From contig OX597819.1 of assembly GCA_951406725.2 (NCBI GenBank), positions 80,228,001-80,292,000 on the forward strand: a DNA stretch of 64,000 nt. The letters are read 5' to 3'. Of this stretch, positions 28,075-41,059 are shown in pieces. The position numbers and the translations under genes are program-made. The notes under the pieces are model-generated. The model saw nothing but the letters and a program-made list of their open reading frames with translations, did not search any database and had not been told where the DNA came from. The stretch is from Octopus vulgaris. Lineage: Eukaryota. Every line of letters starts with the position of its first letter. Within the stretch, counting starts at the first letter, position 1.

Positions 28075-28233
28075 AAGGCGCATGCGTAGCTGTATGGTAA
28101 GAAGTTTCACTCCCAGACACAAGAGCCCGAGTTCAGTCCCGTGGAATATTGGGTAAGTGGCTTTTGTTGTAGCCTCGGACCGACGAAGGTCTGTTGAGTA
28201 AATTTGTTACACGGAAACTGAAAGAAGCCCGTC
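28075..28233 (+). mobile_element. SINE family A head
   Basis: The sequence tggtaagaagttt...gagttcagtccc...agcctcggaccgac...acggaaactgaaagaagcccgtc is followed by (TA)n. Confidence 0.78.
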
Positions 28234-28258
28234 CTATGTATATATATATATATATATA

Positions 28259-28457
28259 TCACGTGATCACATGACCGACCAGACCATCAGATGTTGTTAC
28301 ACATCGCTGGTCACAATGCGTTCGCATTGTTTTAGCCTTCGAATGACGCCACCCCGTTGGCTAAGCGAGCAGGCCAACAGAAGAAAGAGTGGGAGAAAGA
28401 GTGGTGAAAGAGTACAGTAGGGATCACCACCCCCTGCCGGAGTCTCGTGGAGCATTT

Positions 28458-28461
<4 letters not shown>
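28259..28461 (-). mobile_element. SINE fragment: family C body with tail type 3
   Basis: The minus-strand acctaaatgctccacgagactccggcagggggtggtg...ctgtactctttcacc matches the body of the 57708 SINE. It then continues into ttggcctgctcgcttagcca..., the tail also found at 29391. Confidence 0.8.
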
Positions 28462-28509
<48 letters not shown>

Positions 28510-28513
28510 CTAC

Positions 28514-28874
28514 GGCACTCCGTCGGTTACGGCGACGAGGGTTCCAGTTGATCCAATCATGAAATTAACGTGCAAGTGGCTGAGCACTCAACAGATACGT
28601 GTACCCTTGACGGAGTTCTCGGGAAGACTCAGCGTGACACAGAGTGTGACAAGGCTGGTCCTTCGAAATTCAAGTACGACAGAAACAGGAAGAAAGAGTG
28701 AGAGAATGTTGTGCTGAATGAGTACAGCAGGATTCGCCACCAACCACTGTCAGAGCTTCGTGTAGCTTTAAGTGTTTTCGTTCAATAAACACTCACAACG
28801 CCCGGTCTGGGAATCGAAACCACGATCCTACGACTTCGAGTCCGCTGCCCTAACCATTAGGCCATTGCGCTTCC
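28514..28874 (-). mobile_element. Chimeric tRNA SINE: family C head and body with the family B tail
   Basis: The minus-strand head ggaagcgcaatggcctaatggttagggcagcggactcg...gtttcgattcccagaccgggcgttgtg matches the 57708 head. The tail ccagccttgtcacactctgtgtcacgctga...cgtaaccgacggagtgcc matches the 25552/42310 tail. Confidence 0.88.
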
Positions 28875-29116
28875 ACACACACACATACACACACACACAC
28901 ACACACGTATATCACATATATATATATTGATGATGATGATGATGATATGCAAATGTAAGATCCAATGATCCAAGTGTAGGAAGTTAGTGAGCGTCGTGCA
29001 GTCCGTGAAAGATTAATAAAAACAACTTTCAGGAACAATAGTAGTTTAGCGGCGTAGAGACTTCCATAGACGCTCTATCTCCACAACTTACAAAGCCTTC
29101 GATTTTGTTTACAAAT

Positions 29117-29181
<65 letters not shown>

Positions 29182-29360
29182 GGTGGTCATTCCCGTCGAT
29201 TTAGACATATGAGTGTTTGAAGAAGTGGCATTTTCAAAAAAGGGATAAAGAAAAGACATTTTTTAAATAAAAGAAGTCTATGTGCGGTGAATATATGAAT
29301 ATAATTTGAGGTCAGTTATGGATTTTGGTGTATATGTAGATGTACATGTATGTGTGTGTG

Positions 29361-29390
<30 letters not shown>

Positions 29391-29391
<1 letters not shown>

Positions 29392-29509
29392 TGGCCTGCT
29401 CGCTTAGCCAGCGGGGTGGCGTCATTTGAAGGCTAAAACAATACGAAGCGCATTATGACCATCGATGTGTAGCAACATCTGATAGCCTTGGTCGGTCACG
29501 GTGGTTACG

Positions 29510-29510
<1 letters not shown>
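29391..29510 (+). mobile_element. Isolated SINE/LINE tail (type 3) in (TA)n
   Basis: It is the reverse-complement match to about 28262-28378 and is flanked by (ta)n. Confidence 0.8.
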
Positions 29511-29550
<40 letters not shown>

Positions 29551-29629
29551 TGTATGTATGTATATATGTACGTATATATGTATGAATATAAGTATGTTTA
29601 TGTGTATGTTTATATATGTGTGTATGCAT

Positions 29630-29822
29630 TTGTGTTTGTGTTTGTCCTCCACCGATTCTTGACAACCAATGTCAGTTTGTCTATGTCCCCGTAAAATAGA
29701 CTAAGTACCAGGTTTTAACAACAAAATAATCACTGGAGTCAGTTTGTCTGAGTAAACCCCTCAGGGAGGAGCCCCAGTATGGCCGCAGTCCAATTACTGG
29801 AAGAATTAAAATATAAAAGATA
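29630..29822 (+). mobile_element. SINE family A, 3' half, diverged
   Basis: The sequence cttgacaacc...atgtccccgtaa...taagtaccagg...ccagtatggccgcagtc matches 11265-11468. Confidence 0.7.
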
Positions 29823-30121
29823 AGGTGCAATGTCAAAATTGAGAATACATTGATATTGAGCCCCTCCATACAGACTTATCCTCATACTTGTATACAGATA
29901 CGATCACTTATTAAAATATACATACGCACACCGACATACCAATATACATGTACATACGCGTCCGCAAATAAGCACAGAATGGGAAATTTTATATTTTTAT
30001 TAGCATCCTTTTGATTGCTCAAACAGATTTTGGCTTTCTACAGAAGAAAATCTACATTCTATTTACTTATTTCGTTCTAATATTGATAGGATTTATAAAC
30101 CAATCACAGAATCTATTTTAT

Positions 30122-30155
<34 letters not shown>

Positions 30156-30193
30156 GTATGTATGCGTTTATGTGTATGTCTATCTCTCTACTG

Positions 30194-30267
<74 letters not shown>

Positions 30268-30448
30268 TATTCTAACAACAATAAAATTGCAATTACCTAT
30301 ACGTATTTCGATCTTAATTGATTTTATCTGTATAATGTTGATTTTTAATCTTAAATTTATTCATTTAAAGGAAGCTTGTTGTGTATAATAAAATTTAATA
30401 ATACAATTAATTTTATTATAACCATCTTTACCATTATCTTTATCATCG

Positions 30449-30479
<31 letters not shown>

Positions 30480-32317
30480 AAACACCACTGCCACCACCAT
30501 TACATTTTCAGCCTGATTCTCTGTAGTTCTAAGGTCTGTGCGGTATCGTCTTTCGGTGATGCAGTGTCTTTTTTTTATCTATATTATATCAAATTAACCG
30601 TTTTGTGAAATTTGTTTTCTCGTTGCTGGTAGTATTGTATAGCTTTTTATTTGCTTTGTTTCGTTTTTAGACAAAATTAACTCTCATCAAGCAAATCTAT
30701 AATCAAAGATATTCTACCCGCAATCATCCTGCCTTTTTCCCTAGGTGTGGTAAGCCTAGAACCACATTATCCATCCTACTCTGATGATTCCTACGTCTTT
30801 CTTCAGCTTGTTTGTTCAACTTCCTAACAAGGTAAAACTGTAGAAATTAATGTCCTTCACCTGAAAAAGGAATCCTTTCTGAGTGATGATGATGCCTCCT
30901 TTATGAAAAATATTTGTTACAAGTTATGTCATTTAAAATATACTGTTTCAGTCTCGAATAGTTTTAAGGATATCCTTAGACAGACAGTTTTTCTGCAGTT
31001 TTAAAAGCTTTCTTAAGAGATATGATACATTTTTGTTATCATTTTCGGATAGTTTCAAGTGCTTGACTAGCATATTCCAGGTTTTCTGTTCTTTATATTC
31101 CTGTTCTAGCTAGGATGCATAGCTTTTTGTTTCTCTTTCCACAACGTTTGAAATAAATGGAAACAATGATATCAAACGCATAACCTTACGTTGAAGCGTA
31201 GATTACAGAACCCTTAGTCCATTATTTTAATGTAAACAGTACTATTCTTTAGTGAGCTTGTTTTATCTACTTCTTCTAAGGTTCTATTGCCATTAAAACT
31301 CAGATTATTGCTGACAACAGTTTGCTTAATTTATTCAATATTCTTCAGTTTGATGCCTCATTTTGTTTTTTCCTCCCCATAACTCTCTTGAAGCAATCCC
31401 TTTTCTTGAAGTGTATGTTGTTATTTTGCTGGTAATAACTGCTGTCAGTAGTTCGCTTCACGTGTTTGTTCCACGTTGTCAAGCTTGAGGCATTTAGTAT
31501 CTTGTTTGAAAAGTTTTATTAAATGATCCGTTGTATACAACAGATGTATAAGATTAAAATAGCTATCTGGACTAATACCGGTGTTAATTTGCTTTTCGTG
31601 ATGTATTTACATTAACTATGACACACAGATGGCTATTTCAATCTAATACTACTGTTGCATATACCGAATTTTATTCATTAACTATTTTTTCATATCGGTG
31701 AGAATAGAAATCGGTTTAGCATGCAGCTGCCTGTGAGTGCATGCTACGGACAACACCCAGTGAGGCAAGAGTACGCATCTAGCATTCTCAACATCTGCTG
31801 CTAGGACGATTTTCGTCTCCTCCTGATATACATTGTGTTTTAAACACTGCACGTCCATAAGGAATATTATCTCCGGACGAATACCGCTTTAAAGTTACAT
31901 TCTCATTAAGTATCATACACAGATGGCCATCAAAATAATCATTTGACTGTAGACCACGGTTCTAAGAATGTTAAATGACACGGGGAAAAATTAGTGATAG
32001 AGGAATAAGCTGATTTTCAAATATCTTAAACTGTATTTCACTCACAAGTAATACTTTTCATGCAACTGATATTTGGTGAATGGTATACTGTATTTACAAT
32101 ATATATGAAATGTGTAAGCGTTTATTTAATAAAAGGGGAAAAGTATATAAAAGAAAATCTGTCTTGTACAAAGTAAAATGTGAGTAAATGTAAAAAAAAA
32201 AAGCCCAAATAATAAATGCGTATAAAAATTCCGAGTGTATAAATAAATTATACTGTTGAAGGTGGTAGTATATAAACTCAAATCAACACTTATACATATT
32301 ATATATCTATATACATA

Positions 32318-32403
<86 letters not shown>

Positions 32404-32820
32404 TATGTACATATATATGTATATATGAAGTTATATATATATGTGTTTGTGTGTGTATACGCATAGTATATAAGCCTATATATACACACACATATATACA
32501 TAGTCATACAGGCATACAGATAGACAAACAGACAGATAGATAGATAAATAGATAGATACTGGACGTCAAACAGAATGAGAGGTACACACATACACTCACG
32601 CATACACACTCACGTACACACACACAGAGTCACTTGCTTCGGTGGTATTTGAATATTTCGTGTGATGACAATGACCATTGTTTGAGTATCTCATTACACT
32701 AATATATCAATGTATCAGTATATATTATTTCTAATCTATGTGTTTTCTACACAACACTATCTCTCTGTTATAATTCCAACGACGAAGATCTACAGCAGTG
32801 ACTGAATTGCGAGAACGTAT

Positions 32821-32861
<41 letters not shown>

Positions 32862-33088
32862 CTTTATTTAAAGTAGCAGAAAATTCAACAAAACCTGTTA
32901 CTCTGAGTTTCACGTTGCCGTGCGTCGGACAGTTTTTTCTAGCAAAAACTGTCCGACGCACGGCAACGAGAAACTCAGAGTAACAGGTTTTATTGAATTT
33001 TCTGCTGCTTTAAATAAATCATATTACTCTACCACTGGTATTTGAGTACTCTTTTTTCCACCTTGTTTCACATTTATGTGTTTACTCC

Positions 33089-33090
<2 letters not shown>
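32862..33090. mobile_element. (TA)n-flanked fold-back element with a 156-bp palindrome and a hammerhead-like motif, probably a Penelope-like pLTR derivative
   Basis: Arms 32863-32940 and 32941-33018 are reverse complements with 4 non-Watson-Crick positions and no spacer. The unique extension to 33090 is homologous to about 43335-43416. Confidence 0.8.
32945..32991 (+). ncRNA. Minimal type I hammerhead-ribozyme-like fold with a variant core, mirrored on the minus strand at about 32890-32936
   Basis: Stem I is CUGU/ACAG and the core is CCGACGC (consensus CUGANGA). Stem II is ACG-GCAA-CG(A/U), followed by GAAA, stem III ACUC-A-GAGU and the cleavage triplet GUA. Confidence 0.55.
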
Positions 33091-33134
<44 letters not shown>

Positions 33135-33339
33135 CACCAAGTAAGTTAGGGGTTGTGGATCCAACCCACTAAGGGATAATGCTTATCCAATATACTGTTG
33201 GTATAATACCTAAATTATTAATACACAAGTGTTTTTAATTGCAATGTAATAAACTTACATATTGTATTAGATGGGTGAAGGTAAATAACTGTTTTACCAT
33301 TAATTTATAAGAAAATTTGTAATATATATATATTATATT

Positions 33340-33399
<60 letters not shown>

Positions 33400-33401
<2 letters not shown>

Positions 33402-33544
33402 AATATGTGAGAGAATCCACTATGTGGACGCTCTTACGCTAAAAATAGATCCGCAATGGTCTCAACCACTAAGAATTGTTCTCAAGAAAAATTAGCTATT
33501 TTTAGCGTAAGAGCGTCCACATAGTGGATTCTCTCTCATATTTG
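33400..33544. repeat. Inverted repeat with 49-bp arms and a 47-bp spacer
   Basis: caaatatgtgagagaatccactatgtggacgctcttacgctaaaaatag (33400-33448) pairs with 33496-33544 with one mismatch. It lies inside a (TA)n-bounded insert extending to about 33650. Confidence 0.9.
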
Positions 33545-33645
33545 AGTATTAATATTTACTGAATCTCAGTTTTTTATGCGCTAAACCACTTGGTCTTAAA
33601 TTGATGTTACTAAATTAATATCCAATTTTTTCACCCTTATTTTGA

Positions 33646-33723
<78 letters not shown>

Positions 33724-33728
33724 CAGGC

Positions 33729-33789
<61 letters not shown>

Positions 33790-33796
33790 TGCATAC

Positions 33797-34920
33797 ATGT
33801 GATAACATACGACTTGGAAATTCCTTGAGCAGCATTCATCGTCTGTTAACCTTAAATGCATGCCCAAAGAAGTTGCATGACAGTACCGCAATGTATCATC
33901 AGATGAAAGGATGAGCAGATATCTGCAGAAGACCATGCATGGGTATGTTAGTAGAAAGCTCCGTGATGAAAGTAAACATTGATCATCAAATTAGTCTCTC
34001 AGGGACCAACAACCGGATTACTACTTCTCATTTTGGAGGGTACGCGTTTGCAATCCAGGAGCAGGAAATATCAACCAAATACCTGATACACAAAGGGATA
34101 GAGATGCAGGAAAAGCAGTAAAATATAACAAATATTGAAGACTTTGTGGAGTTAACACCGAAGATATCATTCATGTCATAAGCAGTTGCCCTAAAATGTC
34201 ATCACGGTATTATCTACCTATGAGACGTAATGTTGTACTTGGGACACTATATAACGAAATCCGTCGGTAGGATAACCCCGAGGACAAAGAAATAAGCATC
34301 CACATTATGATAGAAGCTTTAGGCACTCATAATACAAAGGAATACTGGTGGAATACCCCAGTAAAAACCTCAATAAAATGCAAGCAAAAACGGACCTGAC
34401 ATAATGATTTGGGATAGGGAAGAGAAACTGTGTATGGCTGTGGAAAGTAAGTGCCCAGCGGATGTCAACAAAAAGCTGAAGATCAGTGAAAACGATGATA
34501 CATACTCTGAACTATTCAGAAATCTACAGTTACTCTATCCAGATTACAAGTTCAGGTTTATTCCTGTAATTATTGGGAAGCTGGAATATATAACACACTG
34601 CCTAAATACCAATCTTCAGAAATTAGGCTTCTCAAAACCAGAAAGGAGAAAGCTGATCTGAAGACTACAGATCCAACCCATCACTGGAACTATAAAAATT
34701 TGTAAAACTTTTTTATCATTTAAGTATATATGAGCATGTCTAGATATGCAAATATATGCACGAGAATACATACATAAAACAGAACATACAATTCTGCACG
34801 TATACATGCAAAAATACCCTATTGTTGATATTGGAATTCCAGAACAGGAGCGTTGGGTCTAGGTTAGAAACCGACTCTTTCTCTATTGGCAAGAAGTCTT
34901 ACAATAAAACTGAATAATGA
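33797..34920 (+). mobile_element. 5'-truncated R4-clade RLE LINE, decayed
   Basis: It contains MHG, FAIQEQEISTKYL, the knuckle (C>*)RLCGVNTEDIIHVISSC and the RLE segment RPDIMIWDREEKLCMAVESKCPAD...FIPVIIGKL. A 3' UTR and a (taca)n tail follow. Confidence 0.88.
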
Positions 34921-35326
34921 CATACATACACGCACGCACGCATGCACACAGACACACATACATACATACATACATACAATACATACATACATACATACAT
35001 ACATACATACATACATACATACATACATACATACATACATACATCTATATACATACATGCTTATATACATGAATACATACATGCAAATAATAGAGAATGG
35101 GATTCTTTATTTAAGAATCACTACAATTATTTCGGCATATTGTTACACCTGTAGTACATTGGTGGTATGCGTTATCATTATTATCCATCCAAGATGTAAA
35201 ACGCAACTCCTCAGATAATTCTTTATATAAGTCCTTCGTTAGAACCTGAGTCATTTCACTCAGTGAGAGAATGCATACTGAAAGTGATGTATAATTTTCA
35301 GCAGTTTACAGACAAAACTAAACCTA

Positions 35327-36070
35327 TAGGGTGTTCGGTCTAAATTTGGCGATTTTTTATGTCTCATTCTTGTGGAATAGCTTGATGTATTTATGAACAG
35401 CCAACGGTGTTGCAGAGCATAAAAGTTCGATTTGTAGTTGGAAAAAAGTTGTTAGGTGACATAGAGGACAGGAGCTCATCTGAGTATTGGAAAAGAGTTA
35501 CCTGTATAATGAAGATTCGCGCAGAGTATCAAAACTCTGACATCATGACTGCTGCTCAATACTTTGTAAACACTGTAAAAGCTGTAAGACGTGACATGCA
35601 TATCATGAAAGCCAAGTTCCTCCAAAATGTGATGGCCTTTGGGTGTGTCCCTAATGATGGTGACGTCATACCGATCCACCTCATTGAACAGGAGCGTAGG
35701 CTCAATTCAGACGTCTAAGTGAAAGTGGTAGAGTTTGTGATGAATTCCTGGTTGGAGAGGGTTCCTGCTAGAAGTCTATATATGTGGCAGCAGGATTCTG
35801 CACCTTGCCATAGCTCCAGAAATTCACGAACCCCAATTTCTAGCCTCCTTCCCGATTATAATCCTATGGATTACTATTTTTCAGGGCGCATTTGAGAAGG
35901 ATACCAACCATTCTGCATGCAAAACCAAAGCCGAGCTGGTGGCCAATGTCAAGATATCAAGGAGGTGATCAAAGATCTTCTCAGGGACACAGTGAGAAGC
36001 GATTGTACCAGGTTCTGGGGTCGTCTTTAGACCGTGATGGGAGCTAAGTGAAGTTACTTTGAATAAACTG
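35327..36070 (+). mobile_element. maT/DD37D-like Tc1-mariner remnant
   Basis: It starts ta-tagggtgttcgg. Transposase pieces include MKAKFLQNVMAFGCVPNDGDVIP, WQQDSAPCHSSR and PDYNPMDYYF. A right TIR is not recognisable. Confidence 0.7.
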
Positions 36071-36136
36071 TTATCTCGCAGTCATAATCAAGTTAATATT
36101 ACTTGATGAAAAAAAATTATTTTTATTTTTGACTAA

Positions 36137-36216
<80 letters not shown>

Positions 36217-37486
36217 TGCTAGGATTTGTATCGGATTCATAGAAGCCCGAGGTTATGCTTGCTTTGGATTCATACGAAGTCGATTTTGTTTACCGTATTA
36301 TCCAGGAGGATTGCAGATACTGTACATATTTTAACATCATTTTTTTTAAAGATTGTTATGGTTTATTTCTTGAGCGTGTCGGTTATGCTTCCCATCTGAC
36401 TTTTGGGAACACTTAGCCAGTCATGCCGATATAAATTCTTGATCTTTCAGGAGAATGCGATTTCATGCACCTTACTTATGTTGTAGTTCTACGTCATTTT
36501 CTCACTCACTTTCCTTTTTGTTAAAATTAGCCAAGCAGATTCGTCTGAAAGTCAGATAGAATGCCTTGCAATATTTGTTCTTGATGACCAAGTTCTGAGT
36601 GCTAATGCTGAAGAGGTAGTATGTAAGATAACGGAAATCACTTTAAGCAATCTAACTAGACTGTCCTGGATACCTGGTGGAGAGCTCTCTTGGAGGAATC
36701 GAGAGTGGACGACCGAGAAGTGGGTAATATCTGAAGTTCTTGAGTTAGTTAGAGAACATGCTGTCGCCTCTCTCTAACTTTTCAAGTGCTACTCTAATAA
36801 CTAGTCTTTCAGCTGCAGTTATAAAAGCTCCTACCTTTTTGGGTGTTACCCAAATGAATTCTTCCTTTTTCTTATGCTTATGCTACTATAATGCCCCCTG
36901 CATTTTCTGGTACTACAATAATAGCTTCTGTCTTTTCTACTGTTACTATGAAGACCTCTGCCTTCTCAGACCTAGCTGGTATCTTAGCACTTCCATTCAT
37001 CCCCTGCTAACTCATACATCTCTTCTTTTCACCTTACTTATATTGCGTTCATCCGTTTAAGGCACTGCATTAGCTGCAACATCCAGTCCTTCCACCCCAG
37101 GATATTGTTCCTCTTGACTTCTTTCCATGAAGTGTTGTTTCCTGTCACTATTGATAGGCAACTGTTCAAGAGATTAAGAACATCAATCTCGCAGATCCTA
37201 GAGACCCTGTACAAGCCATAAATACAGCCCTTTCCTCTAGACTAAATCAATTTTTGTTTTTTAAAAAAAGTGTCGTTTTCCGTCAATGAGACATTCTTTT
37301 GTTAAGGAGGTGTATTAGATATTTTTTTTGTTTTTATTACTATTTAGTTTTTGTCATCTATAATACAAAATGTTCTATTTATCAATATCAAGTCATTTCA
37401 ATTGCTGACTTGACTTACATGCTCCAATGAACTCTGAAGGTGTTATTTCTAAATAACATATTGCTTACATATACATACATATGTAC

Positions 37487-37550
<64 letters not shown>

Positions 37551-38349
37551 GTACATATAAAGAACATATATGTGTGTGTGTGTGTGTAGTGTTATTCTAT
37601 TCTGGGTACATTTTATTTATTTTTTGTATACTCTATTCTCATGTTGCAATTCTTCTTGTATTTCATTTTTTTTTTATCGCAGAGCTTATCTATTAGCTTT
37701 CACTTGAACAAAACCACGAATGAAAAGGGGAGGGAAAACAGAAAAGATAAGAATTTTTTTTTCTTTTAGTTTAACTGATGACAGCAACAAGAGGCAACAC
37801 AACAAAATATATGCAAGAACTCAAGATCGTAAACTTTCAGATTGCTAACATATTTTGGCTGTGTTTGTGCAGGTTTGTGCAGTCGACTTAATATCGACAC
37901 CAAGTTACTATTCCTAACGCTGTTCTTGCGGATGCTGCTGTTATCAGTGGCGGTTTTACCTTATTTGTTGTTGCTGTTGTTGTTATTTTGTTTGTTGCTA
38001 TTGTAGTTCTTGTTGTATTCATTAACGAAAATGATGTAATATATCATCTGGGAAAGATAATTCATAATCAGTTGGGTATTGCAATATTGTAACGCATCAG
38101 TACGATGTGAAAATGTGTGTCCGGCAGGTTAAAGATGAATTTAGACAACAATAGTTTCAGCATTGATAATGATGATGATGATGATGATGACGACGATGAT
38201 GACGGCGACGACGATGACGATGGTGACGACGACGACGACGATGATGATGATGATAATAATATACTGCGACAGCTGGATTTTTCACTTGATCTAGTAGCAC
38301 TTTTTGCACTCCAACACTTTAGGTCTAGTATAAAAATGAACATATGTAC

Positions 38350-38384
<35 letters not shown>

Positions 38385-38825
38385 CATACATACATACATA
38401 TATGCATACATACATACACACACACACATGCACACACATATATATACACACACAAACACAGACACTTATATATTCTAAAAGACAAACTTCGAAAAGAAAA
38501 TAATATAAACTGAAGACAGATGAATGAAGAGAAAAAAATAGGATGTTGAAAAGAAAAGAAAAGAAAAGAAAAAAAATACTGTGAAGAATGAAAGATAACA
38601 CAAAAGAATAGCAAAATGTAGTGGAAAAAAAAGTTTAAAAAATGATGTACCAGAAAGGTAAGGAGAAAATGGCGGAAGGAGGTCGAGAGAGGAAGCAATC
38701 GTTAATCGTAATATATCTTCTCAAGTCTATGTCTTTCTGAGTTATAGACAAACCAACGTGTGATACACACACAGAACATACTCACATACATATAAAAACA
38801 TTAGTATGTATATGCTTGTATGTGT

Positions 38826-38873
<48 letters not shown>

Positions 38874-39874
38874 TTTATCGGTGTGTCTGTAGACTTCAAC
38901 AGTCTATTGTCTATTATAAATGAACCTGTGTTTGCACCATTAGTTCATACTCGTGTATGTGCATTCATCGTGAGCCTCTATACGCGCATATGTATTTGCT
39001 ATTGAGTGTGTAAAAGTTTACGTGCATTTATATGCTATTTATGAAAGATTATAACCTTTTTCTTTTCTCTCCTTTAACCATTACAATAACTGACAATACT
39101 GTTAGGCTTCTATGGTTACAAGTCATTGACATTCGTTTCTCTCGCTTCTCTGTTATTCTGTATTAAGTCTGCATATTGAAAAATGGTCAGCTCCGGTCTT
39201 CTAACCATATTTGACACCAAAACAGAAAGTTCCGGCGTTTCAATGATATAGGACGTTCAGAATGATCCGTTCCGATCTTTCAGCTATATCACTGATACTC
39301 ACAGATGCAGATACACAGACACAAAAACACACGATTTATGCACACTTTCAAACATACAGATATTAAATGCGGGCAAATACATTCACAATAGGATAGACAT
39401 TCACACACGTTAACGCACACATATATTGCAATGATGTGGTGTTCAAGTATCTTAGTTGATTGGAATTTTATGCTTTCGCGTTCAAATGACAAACCATTCA
39501 GAAATCAGCTACGTCAGTGGCGGAGTCGTCAGCGCAACGTACAAAATACCTCTGAGAATACCTTGAGGGCGCTTACGTTCTGAGGTTAAATTCCATATAG
39601 ATTTACCTCGTCTTGAACACACACGCATTCACACACAGACACACACACACACACACACACTCGCCTTGTGTGTGTGAGCGTGTGAGTGTGTGCATATGTG
39701 CGTATGTGTATTAACAGTAGAAAACTTAAGCATCGTTATTATTGCTCTGCGTTTCATGATTTGCAAATTAATATAATTACTCTGTCTCACTCACTTTTTC
39801 TGTTTCTCTGCATATCATCGGACATAAACATACACAAACACACACACACACACACACATACACACACACACATA

Positions 39875-39990
39875 CGAGGGGGGTGTGAAAAGTTTTGAGC
39901 CTTCAAAAGCCTTTGAGCCTCGAAACCTATACCATGGTTTTTCTTTTTTTCTTCTTGTTTTGAGGCTCAAAACTTTTCATACACCACTCG
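39875..39990. mobile_element. Mariner-type MITE (~116 bp)
   Basis: TA|cgaggggggtgtgaaaagttttgagcct ... aggctcaaaacttttcatacaccactcg|TA shows terminal inverted repeats with a TA TSD. Confidence 0.88.
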
Positions 39991-41059
39991 TATATTGTAT
40001 ATCGATACATGTGTGTGTGTGAGAGAGCATCCATGCATTTGTGTATATATATATATATATATATATAACTATTAGCAACTTAAGCTTCTTCAGTCACGTT
40101 TCTAGTTGCCCAACTAATTATTGTATGCAAAGTGATGTTGCAAAATATTCACGAAATAAATGCAAAAACCGAAATGCCATTAGTCAATAGTACAACGAAA
40201 TGTGATAGCCAAAAATATACGTTAGAAAATGTTTTACATTTATTAATCACAATGAGAGAAAATGTGACATATTTATCTGTTCATGTGCGAAGACTTGTCC
40301 ACGACTGTCTTGGAATCTCCAGAATATAATCATCTAGCCCTTTATATAGTCTATTAAGGTTATTCTGGAGATCATTTCAATTTCTTATATGGTACTTACT
40401 ACACCTCCTCTAGAGTCTGAGATTATTTCAATTAGTCAAGAATTTATGTTGTAATTATTTGATACGCCCGCATTTCTCACGCTCTCTCTCCCTGCGTGTG
40501 TGGGTGTATATATATATATATATTAATATATATTAGTATATATATATATATATACTCACACACGCATAGAAACAGAAAGAGAGCGAATTTATTCTTCCTT
40601 AATGTAAAATCAACCAAAACAGTATTCCATCCGATGTAGGATAAATGACATTTAATGTACACATTAGAAAGATAAGAGTTACTAATAGTTTCTTGCTGTG
40701 AAGACACGTGTCTAAGCAGTTTTTATAACACGCTTTGTATCTCCAAGCAATCTCAGGATTTGAGAATATGGTATGTTCTATTTCGAAATCAGGACGCTGG
40801 TACTTAAGAACTCATGAGAAAAATACGCGTGAGGGGGAGTAAAAACTGAAAAAGAAAAGAAAAGAAAGCAAACTAAAGTTTTACTATAGGAGCCAAATTT
40901 AAACTAGTTCATGCAGAATCATCCAATGGTGATAAGTCCGAAGACTGTGAGGCAGCTACTCGATCCAGAGAGTTTGGTGTCCTCTAGTTCACCAGAAGAA
41001 ATTTGTCATTAATCTTCTATTTACTGAATAAATTATTTAGCCCTCATTGAGGCAGAACC

